A DNA stretch of 64,000 bases, taken from the NCBI GenBank assembly GCA_045863395.1, contig BTVJ01000011.1, forward strand, positions 64,001-128,000, in the 5' to 3' direction. A program made the translations under genes and the position numbers. Each line of letters starts with the position of its first letter. Positions within the stretch are counted from its first letter, which is position 1. This stretch comes from Myxococcales bacterium. GTDB lineage: Bacteria > Myxococcota_A > UBA9042 > JABWCM01 > BTVJ01. The notes under the pieces were generated by a model. The model ran no database searches, was not told the DNA's origin, and was given only the letters and a program-made list of their open reading frames with translations. Positions 10,621 to 19,596 of the stretch are shown here, one piece after another.

Positions 10621-10754
10621 CAAGGTCGACCGCCGGCCGGCAGAACGGCTCGTGCGCCCCCCGATTCCGGCCAGACTTTGGCCGAAACGATGACCGAGGC
10701 CCTCAGGCGTGAAGCGCCAAGCACCAGCGAGGATGGCCGCATGACCTGGATTCG

Positions 10755-11378
10755 TCATGGCGGATTGGCACCCTTGCCGCATTGCGGACTCATTGCCGTA
10801 ACGCTGAACGAACGGCAAAGCGGTTCGCAGACGTCGCCGTTTGGGCGGGTTGTGGAGGGGTCTGTCACAACACCGGAGACAGAGCCGTCGATTCCTGCTG
10901 CACTCCACTGCCATGTCACCTGATAAACGTCGCCACTTGTGACGGCAGCATCCTTCCACCAAAGCTCCAGGGTACCCTGACAAGTGCCCTCAACGGTCGA
11001 AGTCTCGACCGCGACAATGACCTGACACGCGGGACTCCTCGGGAGGACCATGCCAGCCGGATGGGTCCCATTCGAGTCCCTCCACTCGGTATCGCAGCAC
11101 CGATCCGCCAGACACGTGGTGACGTGAAGCGAGTCTCCGGCGACATGGGGGATCCTGAGGGTCAAGTGGAACTGTGGCCCACATCCCACGTTTCCGCAGT
11201 TGACCTCCGTTGCGCATCCGGTACTCACGACTAAAAGGGCCACGATGACAAGAAGGCTGTTGGCACGCCTGGGAATGTGCCACTGTCGAACTCGTTGATT
11301 GACCAGGCGTCCAATCAGGGCCACTGAACGCACTTGTGGTCCTGTGAGGAACCCATGGGCAGCCTCCGTAATCATCAT
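10755..11378 (-). CDS. Cys-rich putative lipoprotein
   Basis: LLVIVALLVVSTGC lipobox-like segment; CGNVGC and PNGDVCEPLC motifs; ATG overlaps the protease stop (ATGA). Confidence 0.6.
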   Translation of the reverse strand: MMITEAAHGFLTGPQVRSVALIGRLVNQRVRQWHIPRRANSLLVIVALLVVSTGCATEVNCGNVGCGPQFHLTLRIPHVAGDSLHVTTCLADRCCDTEWRDSNGTHPAGMVLPRSPACQVIVAVETSTVEGTCQGTLELWWKDAAVTSGDVYQVTWQWSAAGIDGSVSGVVTDPSTTRPNGDVCEPLCRSFSVTAMSPQCGKGANPP

Positions 11379-12592
11379 GGAATTGACTTGCGGACGGTCG
11401 CAACGAGAGACGTCAGGGCTGTGCCACCTACTGCCGAATTGAACTTCTTGATAGCGCCAAATACCGGAACAATGGAATGCTCGCCGGAGTGAACTGCCCC
11501 GATGACGGGACCGAGGAAACTGCTTGCCGGCCAATACATCGATGGAATGTCCTTGTCCGGGATGGACGGTGGGCGATGCGGTTTCGTGCTGCTTCCGAGG
11601 GCCGGGAAGTTGGGAAGCCAAAGGGGCGACCCTGAACTCTGAGCCGTGGTATCCATCCAGTGTTTGTATCGCGTACCCGTATAGGTGCCGCCCTTTGAAT
11701 TTGGCAAGGACTTGCTGTCCCAGTAGGATATGGACCCCTTCTGAAGAACCGGCGAGGTGCCGAGGACCGCAGGATAGCTCAGCATTGTGAACTTTAGACT
11801 CTGAAAGTCCAATAGATTTGAGGTGACATTGAACGTTCCCGCCCAGCCGACCCCTGGCTCGGAATCGAGGACTCCGACAGCCAGGTCCCAGTGGCCCATT
11901 GGGGAAGTCAGCGTGCCCTTGTCGATCGTGATCGCGTACCAGCTCTTGACGGTGAATGGATACACAACGGCCCCGGGTGCCATGCCAGGCCAGAAGACGA
12001 CACCAGAGGGGGTCTTGGAGATGCAGTGAAGTGATGTCACGATATGCCTTGGACCAACCAGGCAAGCCGTGCATCCAACGGGAGTAAGGAGACCGACCAA
12101 TTTGAAAGGCCACTTCGCCGGGTTCGCGAGCGTCCACTGTTCAGCGCCCGGATTCATGACGCTTGTGGGAACCGAGAACTCAAGCCCGCCGGGGACGGGA
12201 GCGAGCGGCGACGTCGTGCCCGCAGTATCAACGTCAACTTGGACGGAGAGCAGGTCCTCGTGACTAAGGAACTCGACGGCACGGCTGAAACGCGGAGAGG
12301 CTCCTATTTTGAGCGGAGCCGACGGCGGTTGTGCGTGTGTCGGGCTAGGGTGCGCCCGCGGTTGCAGGGCGTCTATGGAAGCCATGCTGTATGCAGAGTC
12401 GGCGGATATTTTCGGAGCTTCCGGGGCCGGGCCTCGTTGAACCACCCGCGGCGAAGGGTCCGGGTCCAGGAGAATGCCGGTCGCCGAGTACAGCGGGGGC
12501 CGGCGCCCGAACACACGCGGCGGCTGCACAGGCTGTGGCCCCGTCACCTCGGGGTCGTCGGCTGGATTGTATGGCGGCGGCACGATGGGCAT
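11375..12592 (-). CDS. Trypsin-fold (V8/glutamyl endopeptidase-like) serine protease with Pro-rich N-terminus
   Basis: Triad motifs CTACLVGPRHIVTSLHC, WDLAV, DTTAQSSGSPLW. Confidence 0.8.
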   Translation of the reverse strand: MPIVPPPYNPADDPEVTGPQPVQPPRVFGRRPPLYSATGILLDPDPSPRVVQRGPAPEAPKISADSAYSMASIDALQPRAHPSPTHAQPPSAPLKIGASPRFSRAVEFLSHEDLLSVQVDVDTAGTTSPLAPVPGGLEFSVPTSVMNPGAEQWTLANPAKWPFKLVGLLTPVGCTACLVGPRHIVTSLHCISKTPSGVVFWPGMAPGAVVYPFTVKSWYAITIDKGTLTSPMGHWDLAVGVLDSEPGVGWAGTFNVTSNLLDFQSLKFTMLSYPAVLGTSPVLQKGSISYWDSKSLPNSKGGTYTGTRYKHWMDTTAQSSGSPLWLPNFPALGSSTKPHRPPSIPDKDIPSMYWPASSFLGPVIGAVHSGEHSIVPVFGAIKKFNSAVGGTALTSLVATVRKSIP

Positions 12593-12726
12593 CTTCGGCT
12601 CCGCTTCGCCCGCCGGGCGGGCGCACAAGTCACAGGTTGCTCCCCGTAGCCATTCTGATCAAGCGATGTCCCCACCGTGGCCGCACCGGCGGCCCCCCAA
12701 GGCCCGCATCCGCTGCGGCCAGCGTC

Positions 12727-13043
12727 TCAGTTGGGCATCCGCTGCGTCAGGCGCACGACCACCGTGGCGTCGCCGCTCAGCTCCAGCCGCAGCGCGGCGT
12801 AGTTCGTGGGGACATGGACGATGGCGCTCGACCCGGCCTGCGCCGTACCCGTGGCGATGGGCTCGCTCCAGGGCGTGTCATCGTCGGCGACCCGGGCCCG
12901 CAGGGTCCAGGTAACCTCGGTCTCGGGAGCGAGATCTGGAGCTTCGCGTCCAGGGTGTTCTCCATGGCGACGGTGCAGGTGTAGACCTCCCCGTCGTGCT
13001 CCAGGGCTGGCGCTTGTCGTCCACGCCCCCCGGCGAGTACCAT
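12727..13043 (-). pseudogene. Probable frameshifted or truncated gene remnant
   Basis: Protein-like sequence EHDGEVYTCTVAMENTLDAKLQI continues in another frame as APETEVTWTLRARV...RLELSGDATVVVRL near 12930. Confidence 0.4.
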
Positions 13044-13063
13044 GGCCGGTCGGAGGTGTTCGG

Positions 13064-13489
13064 ATGCCGTTGGATTTGGAGAGCTTGAGGAAGGCCGTCG
13101 CAGCGCTGACCGCCGTCCAGGGGATGAGCGAGGATCCTGCGTTCATGGGGGCCCTCGACGAGGTCACCCAGACTGCGATCCGTTCGGGGGTCATCCAGCA
13201 CTTCGAGTTCACCTACGAGCTGTGCTGGAAGTTCGTTCAGCGCTGGGTCAATCTGAACGTCCCCGGAGAGGGGGGCGGCCTCCCCCGGAGTCGAAAGGAC
13301 CTGTTTCGGCTCGCCGCGCGGCACGGGCTCATCGACGACCGCATCGCCTGGTTCGGCTTCGGTGACGCCAGAAACCAGACCTCGCACACCTACGACGTAT
13401 CAAAGGCGCTGGAGGTGTATGAGGCGGCGGTGCGCTTCCTGCCCGAGGCGAGGAGCCTGCTTCTGCGGCTGGAGCAGCGCAGTGATTGA
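13064..13489 (+). CDS. HEPN / nucleotidyltransferase substrate-binding protein (HI0074 family), putative toxin
   Basis: IQHFEFTYELCWK, KDLFRLAA, RNQTSHTY (RX4HXY). Confidence 0.9.
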   Translation: MPLDLESLRKAVAALTAVQGMSEDPAFMGALDEVTQTAIRSGVIQHFEFTYELCWKFVQRWVNLNVPGEGGGLPRSRKDLFRLAARHGLIDDRIAWFGFGDARNQTSHTYDVSKALEVYEAAVRFLPEARSLLLRLEQRSD

Positions 13490-13784
13490 CCTTGCCGCTG
13501 AACACCTCGCCGAGGTCCGCCGGATCTTGTCCTTCCACGTGCCGGACTGCGAGGTGTGGGCTTTCGGATCTCGCGTGCACGGACGTTCACAGCGGTACTC
13601 CGACCTGGACCTTGCGCTGGTCGGGCCCGGGTCCCTGGGCCGCCGAGAGCTGGAGCGCCTTCGGGACGCCTTCTCCGCCTCGGACCTGCCCTTCCTCGTG
13701 GACGTGGTCGATTGGCACGATCTCTCGCCTGCGTTTCGCGAGGTCATCGAGCGGGGGTATGAGGTCATCCAGTCCGCACGATGA
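13482..13784 (+). CDS. Minimal nucleotidyltransferase (MNT), putative antitoxin
   Basis: FGSRVHG....SDLDLA (GSX10DXD), LPFLVDVVD; overlaps the HEPN gene. Confidence 0.9.
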   Translation: MIDLAAEHLAEVRRILSFHVPDCEVWAFGSRVHGRSQRYSDLDLALVGPGSLGRRELERLRDAFSASDLPFLVDVVDWHDLSPAFREVIERGYEVIQSAR

Positions 13785-13832
13785 GCTTTCGATGCCCCTG
13801 GCACTCCCCAAGGTGGCGTCAGACCGGGAGTC

Positions 13833-14699
13833 TCAGCGCTTCAGCAGCTCGATGGCGGCCGTCTTCTGCGTCTTCTCTCGCGCCGAGACTCCCCGCATGA
13901 AGGAGGGGTCGCCGACCAGGACGCCAGAGTCTGTCTGGGAGACGAAGACCAGCGCCCAGCGGCCGGTCTTCGTGCGGCCAAAGCAGACCTCGTCGTTGGT
14001 GGACCACTCCATGCACCCCTGGCGTTCGAAACACACGAGCCCAGCGTCTCGCGGCGCGACCAGCACCTTGTCAGCCACCCCGCTGCAGCCGTCCTCGTCG
14101 CTCGCCACCTTGCCTGCCTCGCAGAGCTCCCCGTCCTCGAAGAGCTTTGCTGCCGCCGCTCGCGCCCTGCCGCCCGTCAGCGTGCGCGCCTGTGTGACGC
14201 CCGGTGCATCGCTCGCGACGTCCTGGACGTCCCTCCACGTGATGAGCCCGAGCTTCGGGTCCACCACGTCGACGAGCCGCGCCGGGTCGGCGCAGAGCTG
14301 GGCCAGAACAGGCTTCTTCAAATCCACATCGAATGATTGCTGGAGCTTCAGGAATCGTGGGTCCTTGGAGATGGGGGCGAAGTCGCTGTCGTGCCGCGCC
14401 ACCGCGGCGAACCGCCGGGCGTCCGGAGTGCCCATCGCCACGAGGGCGTCGAGCTGCGCCATGGCGCCGTCAGCGTCCCCCGCCCGGGCGAGCTCGCACG
14501 CCAGGTTGTAGCGCGCCGGGGCGTATCGTGGGTCGGCCCCGATGGCCTCGCGATACAGGGCGGTCGCCTTGACCGCATCGCCGCCCTTGCGCGCGGCCAG
14601 CCCCTGGCGGTTCAGCGCCGAGGCGTCGGGCTTCGGTGATTGGGCCAACGCTCCCCCAGCAAAGAGGGCGATGAACACGACCGCAGCGATCCTGCACAT
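13833..14699 (-). CDS. Secreted TPR-containing protein
   Basis: Signal peptide (ALA-Q), TPR helices (ALYREAIGADPRYAPARYNLAC, DSDF). Confidence 0.7.
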   Translation of the reverse strand: MCRIAAVVFIALFAGGALAQSPKPDASALNRQGLAARKGGDAVKATALYREAIGADPRYAPARYNLACELARAGDADGAMAQLDALVAMGTPDARRFAAVARHDSDFAPISKDPRFLKLQQSFDVDLKKPVLAQLCADPARLVDVVDPKLGLITWRDVQDVASDAPGVTQARTLTGGRARAAAAKLFEDGELCEAGKVASDEDGCSGVADKVLVAPRDAGLVCFERQGCMEWSTNDEVCFGRTKTGRWALVFVSQTDSGVLVGDPSFMRGVSAREKTQKTAAIELLKR

Positions 14700-14858
14700 T
14701 GTGGAGCCTCTCTCCGCCTCTGGCGGGTCTCGTAGTGGCAGACACGGCGCCCGAATTCGGGCAGGCCCCCACGATAGCACCGCCACCGCGCTCCCTCCAT
14801 CACGCCGTACCGCGAAGGTCTCCCTGGAACGTGGACCCCCAGAGCGACCGCCTCGTCC

Positions 14859-16277
14859 CTACTCGCAATAGCCGTACTCCCAGTCGAGGGCGAGGCGCCC
14901 CTCGGTCGCCTCGTCTGCGCGGGCGCGGAGCCAGAGCGGGCCCTGGAAGCAGTCGCCGAAGGAGAAGGCGGTCACCGGGGGGGGGAGCGCAACCTCATAC
15001 GACCCGCCGGCGCGCGTGACGGTGACCTGGGCCGGGGGGAGCGCGAAGGCCAGCTCCGCGAAGCCGAGCGTGAGGCGGCACCCGGCGGACACGGTCACCC
15101 GTTCGAAGCCGACCATGTCGTAGACGCCTTCAGTGGTCTCCCGCCAACCCGTCGTCTCGGGGGCGGCGAGGTCGCACTGCACGGGCGCCTTGTCTCCGGG
15201 TTGGAGCGGCAGGGCAAGCTCCGCGCGGACCAGGCACCGGGGCGGTGCCACGGGGACAGCCCAGGTGGTGGCCCCGTCCACGGCGAGGCCCGGTCTCATG
15301 TTCGAGCGCGGGAGCGGTGGGCCCTGATCCGCCGGAAGCGGCTCTTCACTGAGGTCCTCTTCGGGGCATGGGCGTGGCGCCTCTCCCGCCCAGGCGGCCA
15401 GCGGGCCGGGCCTGGGGAAGAGGCACCCGGCGGTCCGCAGCTCCGACGCGCTTCGATCCTCCAGGGCGATGGGGGACCCCGGCGCGTGCGAGAACCGGAA
15501 CCTGGCGCCCCTGAACGACGGCGCCACCGGGACCTCCTCGACGTCGATCTGGTCACCGTCCACGCGGGCTGCGCAGAGGTAGCCGCCGCGGCACGGCAGG
15601 AGGACGGTCCTGGCGTCCAGCCAGCCGGAGCGCTCCGGGCCGCCGTCCACCACGTCGAAGCGGCTGGACAGGCAGTGACGCTCGTCGAGGGCGAGCTCCT
15701 CCGTGCGCAGCTCGATGGGGTTCGAATCGACGACGCCCTTCGTCGCCAGATCGAAGGTCGTCACGCGGGCATCCGGGAAGTCCCACGTCAGCATCGCCAC
15801 GCGGCTCCCTGTGCGCCCGAGGAGCAGGATCCGTCGCTCCGGCGACCACAGGGCCCGGGTCTCCAGCGTCGCGCCGTCGATCACCACCAGCTCGTCACGG
15901 CACTGCTCGGTGTCACTCGTGCTCCGCACGGCGACGGCCTGCCCGGGAGCCGTGTGTGGGAGAAGCGTGGAGAGGTGCTGGTCTGGCGCCATGGGCAACA
16001 GCACGGGCGTGATCGCGGGCGCGGCCTCCCCCCGTCCGTCAGCATCTTCAGTGGCGGGCGGCGGGATGCTCTCCTCCACGGCCGGCCAGAACACGAGGTG
16101 CCCCCCGCGGTAGCCCCACCCCCCGGTGAGCCAGCCACTCGTGGTCCCGCTGCACGGGTCTGCCGGGACGCCCTGTGAATCCTCACGGTTCGGCACCTGC
16201 TGGCGGGCTGCGCACGCGGAGAGCCCGGCGAAGAGCAGCATGGCGAGGGAGAGCGGGGTTCGGGGGCTGGTGTTCAT
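14859..16277 (-). CDS. Hypothetical lipoprotein
   Basis: LLFAGLSAC lipobox, AGGAGG RBS, 472-aa ORF. Confidence 0.65.
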   Translation of the reverse strand: MNTSPRTPLSLAMLLFAGLSACAARQQVPNREDSQGVPADPCSGTTSGWLTGGWGYRGGHLVFWPAVEESIPPPATEDADGRGEAAPAITPVLLPMAPDQHLSTLLPHTAPGQAVAVRSTSDTEQCRDELVVIDGATLETRALWSPERRILLLGRTGSRVAMLTWDFPDARVTTFDLATKGVVDSNPIELRTEELALDERHCLSSRFDVVDGGPERSGWLDARTVLLPCRGGYLCAARVDGDQIDVEEVPVAPSFRGARFRFSHAPGSPIALEDRSASELRTAGCLFPRPGPLAAWAGEAPRPCPEEDLSEEPLPADQGPPLPRSNMRPGLAVDGATTWAVPVAPPRCLVRAELALPLQPGDKAPVQCDLAAPETTGWRETTEGVYDMVGFERVTVSAGCRLTLGFAELAFALPPAQVTVTRAGGSYEVALPPPVTAFSFGDCFQGPLWLRARADEATEGRLALDWEYGYCE

Positions 16278-16447
16278 GGGAGCTCCTCCTGGGTGACGGA
16301 GAGCGGGGGTCAGCGGGGACCTCGGCCGCTCCGGTGCTGACCCCGCAAAGCAGGTAACGACAGGTACTTAGGGCAACGGACGTAGCGTTGACGGTGCCAC
16401 CCTCGGGGCGTCGGGTCTCGCAGGGTGCCCCGCGCGGCCCACTGCTC

Positions 16448-17296
16448 TCAGTCCAGCGCCGCCGCCTCGCGCCGCCGCTCCTGCTCCTCCGCGACAGCCT
16501 GGTTGATCTCCTGGACCACCGCGGTCACGTTCACCTTGTGCCGGCTCTCCTGGAAGCGGCCCGTCAGCTTCGTGTCGACCAGGAGCTCGCCCTTCTCGTA
16601 GAGGGCCCAGATCTCCTTGCCGTGACGGGTGCCGCGCAGCTCGGGGGCGAACTGGGCGTAGTAGCGGGTCATGTTGTCCACGTCCCGCAGGAGCATGGCG
16701 CGGGCGTTGTTGTTCGCCGCCGCGTCCACCGCCTGGGGGAGGTCGATGATCACCGGGCCGTGGGCGTCGAGGAGCACGTTGAACTCCGACAGGTCACCGT
16801 GCACCATGCCGGCGCAGAGCATGCGGACCACGTTGCGCATGAGCACCGCGTGGTCCCGCCGCGCCTCGTCCGCGGTCAGCGTGACGTCGACGAGTCGGGG
16901 GGCCACGTCGCCGTCCTTGTCGGTGATCAGCTCCATGAGCAGGACGCCGTCGAGGCAGGCGTAGGGCTGCGGGACGCGCACTCCGGCCCGGGCCAGTCGA
17001 TACAGCGCGTCGACCTCCGCGGTCTGCCAGGTCTCCTCCTGCTGCTTGCGCCCGAAGCTGGAGCCCTTCTCCATGGCGCGGGCGCGGCGGCTGTTGCGCA
17101 CCTTGCGGCCCTCCTGGTACTGCACGGCCTGCTTGAAGCTGCGCGTGGCAGACTCCTTGTAGACCTTGGCGCAGCGGAGCTCGGACCCGCACTGGACCAC
17201 GTAGACGTCGGCCTCCTTGCCGCTCATCAGGCGGCGGACGACCTCGTCCACGAGCCCGTGCTCGACCAGGGGCTGGATACGCGCTGGTGTCTTCAT
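16448..17296 (-). CDS. RIO1-like atypical Ser/Thr kinase (PA4780-like)
   Basis: LMSGKEADVY, CAKVYK, VHGDLSEFNVL, IIDLPQ. Confidence 0.9.
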   Translation of the reverse strand: MKTPARIQPLVEHGLVDEVVRRLMSGKEADVYVVQCGSELRCAKVYKESATRSFKQAVQYQEGRKVRNSRRARAMEKGSSFGRKQQEETWQTAEVDALYRLARAGVRVPQPYACLDGVLLMELITDKDGDVAPRLVDVTLTADEARRDHAVLMRNVVRMLCAGMVHGDLSEFNVLLDAHGPVIIDLPQAVDAAANNNARAMLLRDVDNMTRYYAQFAPELRGTRHGKEIWALYEKGELLVDTKLTGRFQESRHKVNVTAVVQEINQAVAEEQERRREAAALD

Positions 17297-17423
17297 GAGC
17301 GGATTTCTACCTGAATCGGGGACACAAAGACAACGGCGACGGGTGCTGTGGCTCGTTCGCCCGCAAGGGTGTGGTTGGATCGAACCGTCCCAGTCACGCG
17401 TTGGAGGTCGCCGGAGGTGCACC

Positions 17424-18587
17424 ATGAGGGTCGCGACTCTGCTCCTGCTTCTGCTCCCACTGGCGCATGCCCACGCAGCGGACCTGCGCATCGACTCCAT
17501 ACACCTGGTGGGGCGCGCCGGCGTGGACGCCCCCTGGACGGCGGGGCCCACCGAGGCGCTGCTAGCGGACGCGCCCGAGCTGGCCGTGGTCGCGTTGGGG
17601 AGGCTCGATGGGCGCCGGGTGCTGGTCGCAGATGCTGTCGAGCCCCTTGCGGCCCCGAAGCCCCGTGGTCCGGTGGTGCCCTGGCCCGACGGCGTGAGCG
17701 TCCGCTGGGCGACCGTGGAGCCCCACGCGTGGCGCGAGCCCGAGGCCGTCGCCCCCAACGGCGTCACCACCCGCTACCACTCCAACGTGCACATGGACCG
17801 GGACCGCTTCGGCAAGTGGGCCGGCTACGACGAGGTGACGTACTTCGAGTCGCCGCTGCCGGACCTGGACGACCTGCGCCGCATCCCCGCCGTCGTCCGG
17901 CCGACGGACCCCACCGCGCCGTCCTTCGGGGGCCTCGGCACCATCCGCTACAGGGTCGAGGTGACGCTTCCCGACGGGACCACTCGCGCGACCCCCGGCG
18001 CCAGCGACCGGGACCACTACGGCATCCGCGAGTCCGTCCACCGGGTGTCCGTCCGCCGCGACGACACCTTCACCGGCTGGCTGTCGTCGTACTTCCTCGT
18101 GCCCGAGGTCTTCGGCTCGTCGGGCCCCGGCAAGAACCACCAGACGGACCGCTACGTCGGGGCCGACTGCGCCGACGTGCTGACGGGCGCGCTGCGGGCG
18201 GCCGGCTACCGCATCGAGCACAGCCACGTGGCGGGCCTCACGAAGCTCGCGGCCGTGGTGGCGGGCCCGGTCGACCTGGACGACGAAGGCAACCCGCCCA
18301 CCGCGATCACCGGCGTTCAGGTCGGCGACGTGATCCGCATCGACTACGGTGGCGCCCTGTCTGGCCACACGCCGCGCTCCTGGGACCACGTCGCGGTGCT
18401 CTGGGAGGACCGCTCCGACCCCGAGAGTCCAGCCAAGGGCGCGCCCGACGGCCACCTGGACGGCTACGACCTGGTGGTGCACATGGGCCACCCCCGCCTG
18501 GTCATCGAGCCGCTTGCCAACCAGTGCCCCGCGCGCGTCGACGTCCTCCGGTGGAGCCCGAAGCGCCTCGGCAAGGCGCGGCGGTAG
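17424..18587 (+). CDS. Secreted protein with C-terminal NlpC/P60-like (papain-fold) domain
   Basis: Signal peptide; GADCAD (Cys), VGDVI, WDHVAV (His), LVVHMG (second His). Confidence 0.65.
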   Translation: MRVATLLLLLLPLAHAHAADLRIDSIHLVGRAGVDAPWTAGPTEALLADAPELAVVALGRLDGRRVLVADAVEPLAAPKPRGPVVPWPDGVSVRWATVEPHAWREPEAVAPNGVTTRYHSNVHMDRDRFGKWAGYDEVTYFESPLPDLDDLRRIPAVVRPTDPTAPSFGGLGTIRYRVEVTLPDGTTRATPGASDRDHYGIRESVHRVSVRRDDTFTGWLSSYFLVPEVFGSSGPGKNHQTDRYVGADCADVLTGALRAAGYRIEHSHVAGLTKLAAVVAGPVDLDDEGNPPTAITGVQVGDVIRIDYGGALSGHTPRSWDHVAVLWEDRSDPESPAKGAPDGHLDGYDLVVHMGHPRLVIEPLANQCPARVDVLRWSPKRLGKARR

Positions 18588-18679
18588 GCGCGTGGGTCCT
18601 CGGCCGCAACCGGCGGCCCCTTGCACGCCACCACCACCGCAGTCTGTACGCCCACCCCCACTCGCGGTACAGTCGCCCC

Positions 18680-19489
18680 ATGCACATCGACCGAGACGGC
18701 GCCCGCATCTCGTACACCGTCGAGGGCAGCGGCCCTCCGATCCTCCTCGGACACAGCCTGCTGTGCGACGGCTCCATGTGGCGAGAGGTCGCCCCGGCCC
18801 TCGCTGGTCGCTACCGCCTGATCACCATCGACGCGCGGGGGCACGGCGCCTCGACCGCAGAGCGCCCGTTTACCCTCGACGATCTCGCGGACGACTGGCT
18901 CGCGGTGCTCGACCGCGAAGGCATCGACCGCGCCGCGCTGGTCGGGTTGTCCATGGGCGGCATGACCGCCATGCGGGTCGCCCTGCGCGCGCCGGCTCGT
19001 GTGGCCGCCCTCGCGCTCCTCGACACCAGCGCCGACCGGGAGCCCCTCAAGCCACGCCTGCGCAACCGCCTGCTGGCCGAGGTGGTGCGGCGGGTCGGGT
19101 TTCCGCACGTCGCCGTCCCCATCGCGCTGCGTGCCCTGCTCGGCGAGACCACCCTCCGCGAGCGCCCGGAGCTCGTCCGCTCCTTGCGCGCCCAGCTCCT
19201 CTCCCTCGACCGCCGGGTCTACCACGCGGCCCGCGCCGTCTTCGACCGCCCGCCCATCGCCGACCGCATCGCCGCCATTCGGTGCCCCACCCTGGTTCTG
19301 GTCGGCGAAGAGGACGTCGCGACCTCGCTGTCGCGCTCCCGCCGTATCGCGGAGCGCATCCCAGGGGCGCGCCTCGTGACCGTCCCCCGGGTCGGCCACC
19401 TGACGGCGCTGGAGGCGCCGGCCGCCGTCGTCTCCGCCCTGGAGGAGCTCCTCGCCCCCCTCGCCGCCGATCACACCTGGTGGCGCTGA
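18680..19489 (+). CDS. Alpha/beta hydrolase (enol-lactonase-like)
   Basis: DARGHG, GLSMGG nucleophile elbow, GEED, GHL. Confidence 0.9.
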   Translation: MHIDRDGARISYTVEGSGPPILLGHSLLCDGSMWREVAPALAGRYRLITIDARGHGASTAERPFTLDDLADDWLAVLDREGIDRAALVGLSMGGMTAMRVALRAPARVAALALLDTSADREPLKPRLRNRLLAEVVRRVGFPHVAVPIALRALLGETTLRERPELVRSLRAQLLSLDRRVYHAARAVFDRPPIADRIAAIRCPTLVLVGEEDVATSLSRSRRIAERIPGARLVTVPRVGHLTALEAPAAVVSALEELLAPLAADHTWWR

Positions 19490-19596
19490 GCGCGCGTTAC
19501 TCCCTGTGAAGTCCGCGCATTGCACGGATCGCTGATCCCCACCGCGGCGACCTCGTGTAGGCTCTGCGCTCCTGACCCCCACCAAGGAGCCGCCCT

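Noticed and set aside
16303..16346. Hairpin upstream of the lipoprotein gene as a riboswitch
   Set aside because: Simple GC stem with no recognisable aptamer
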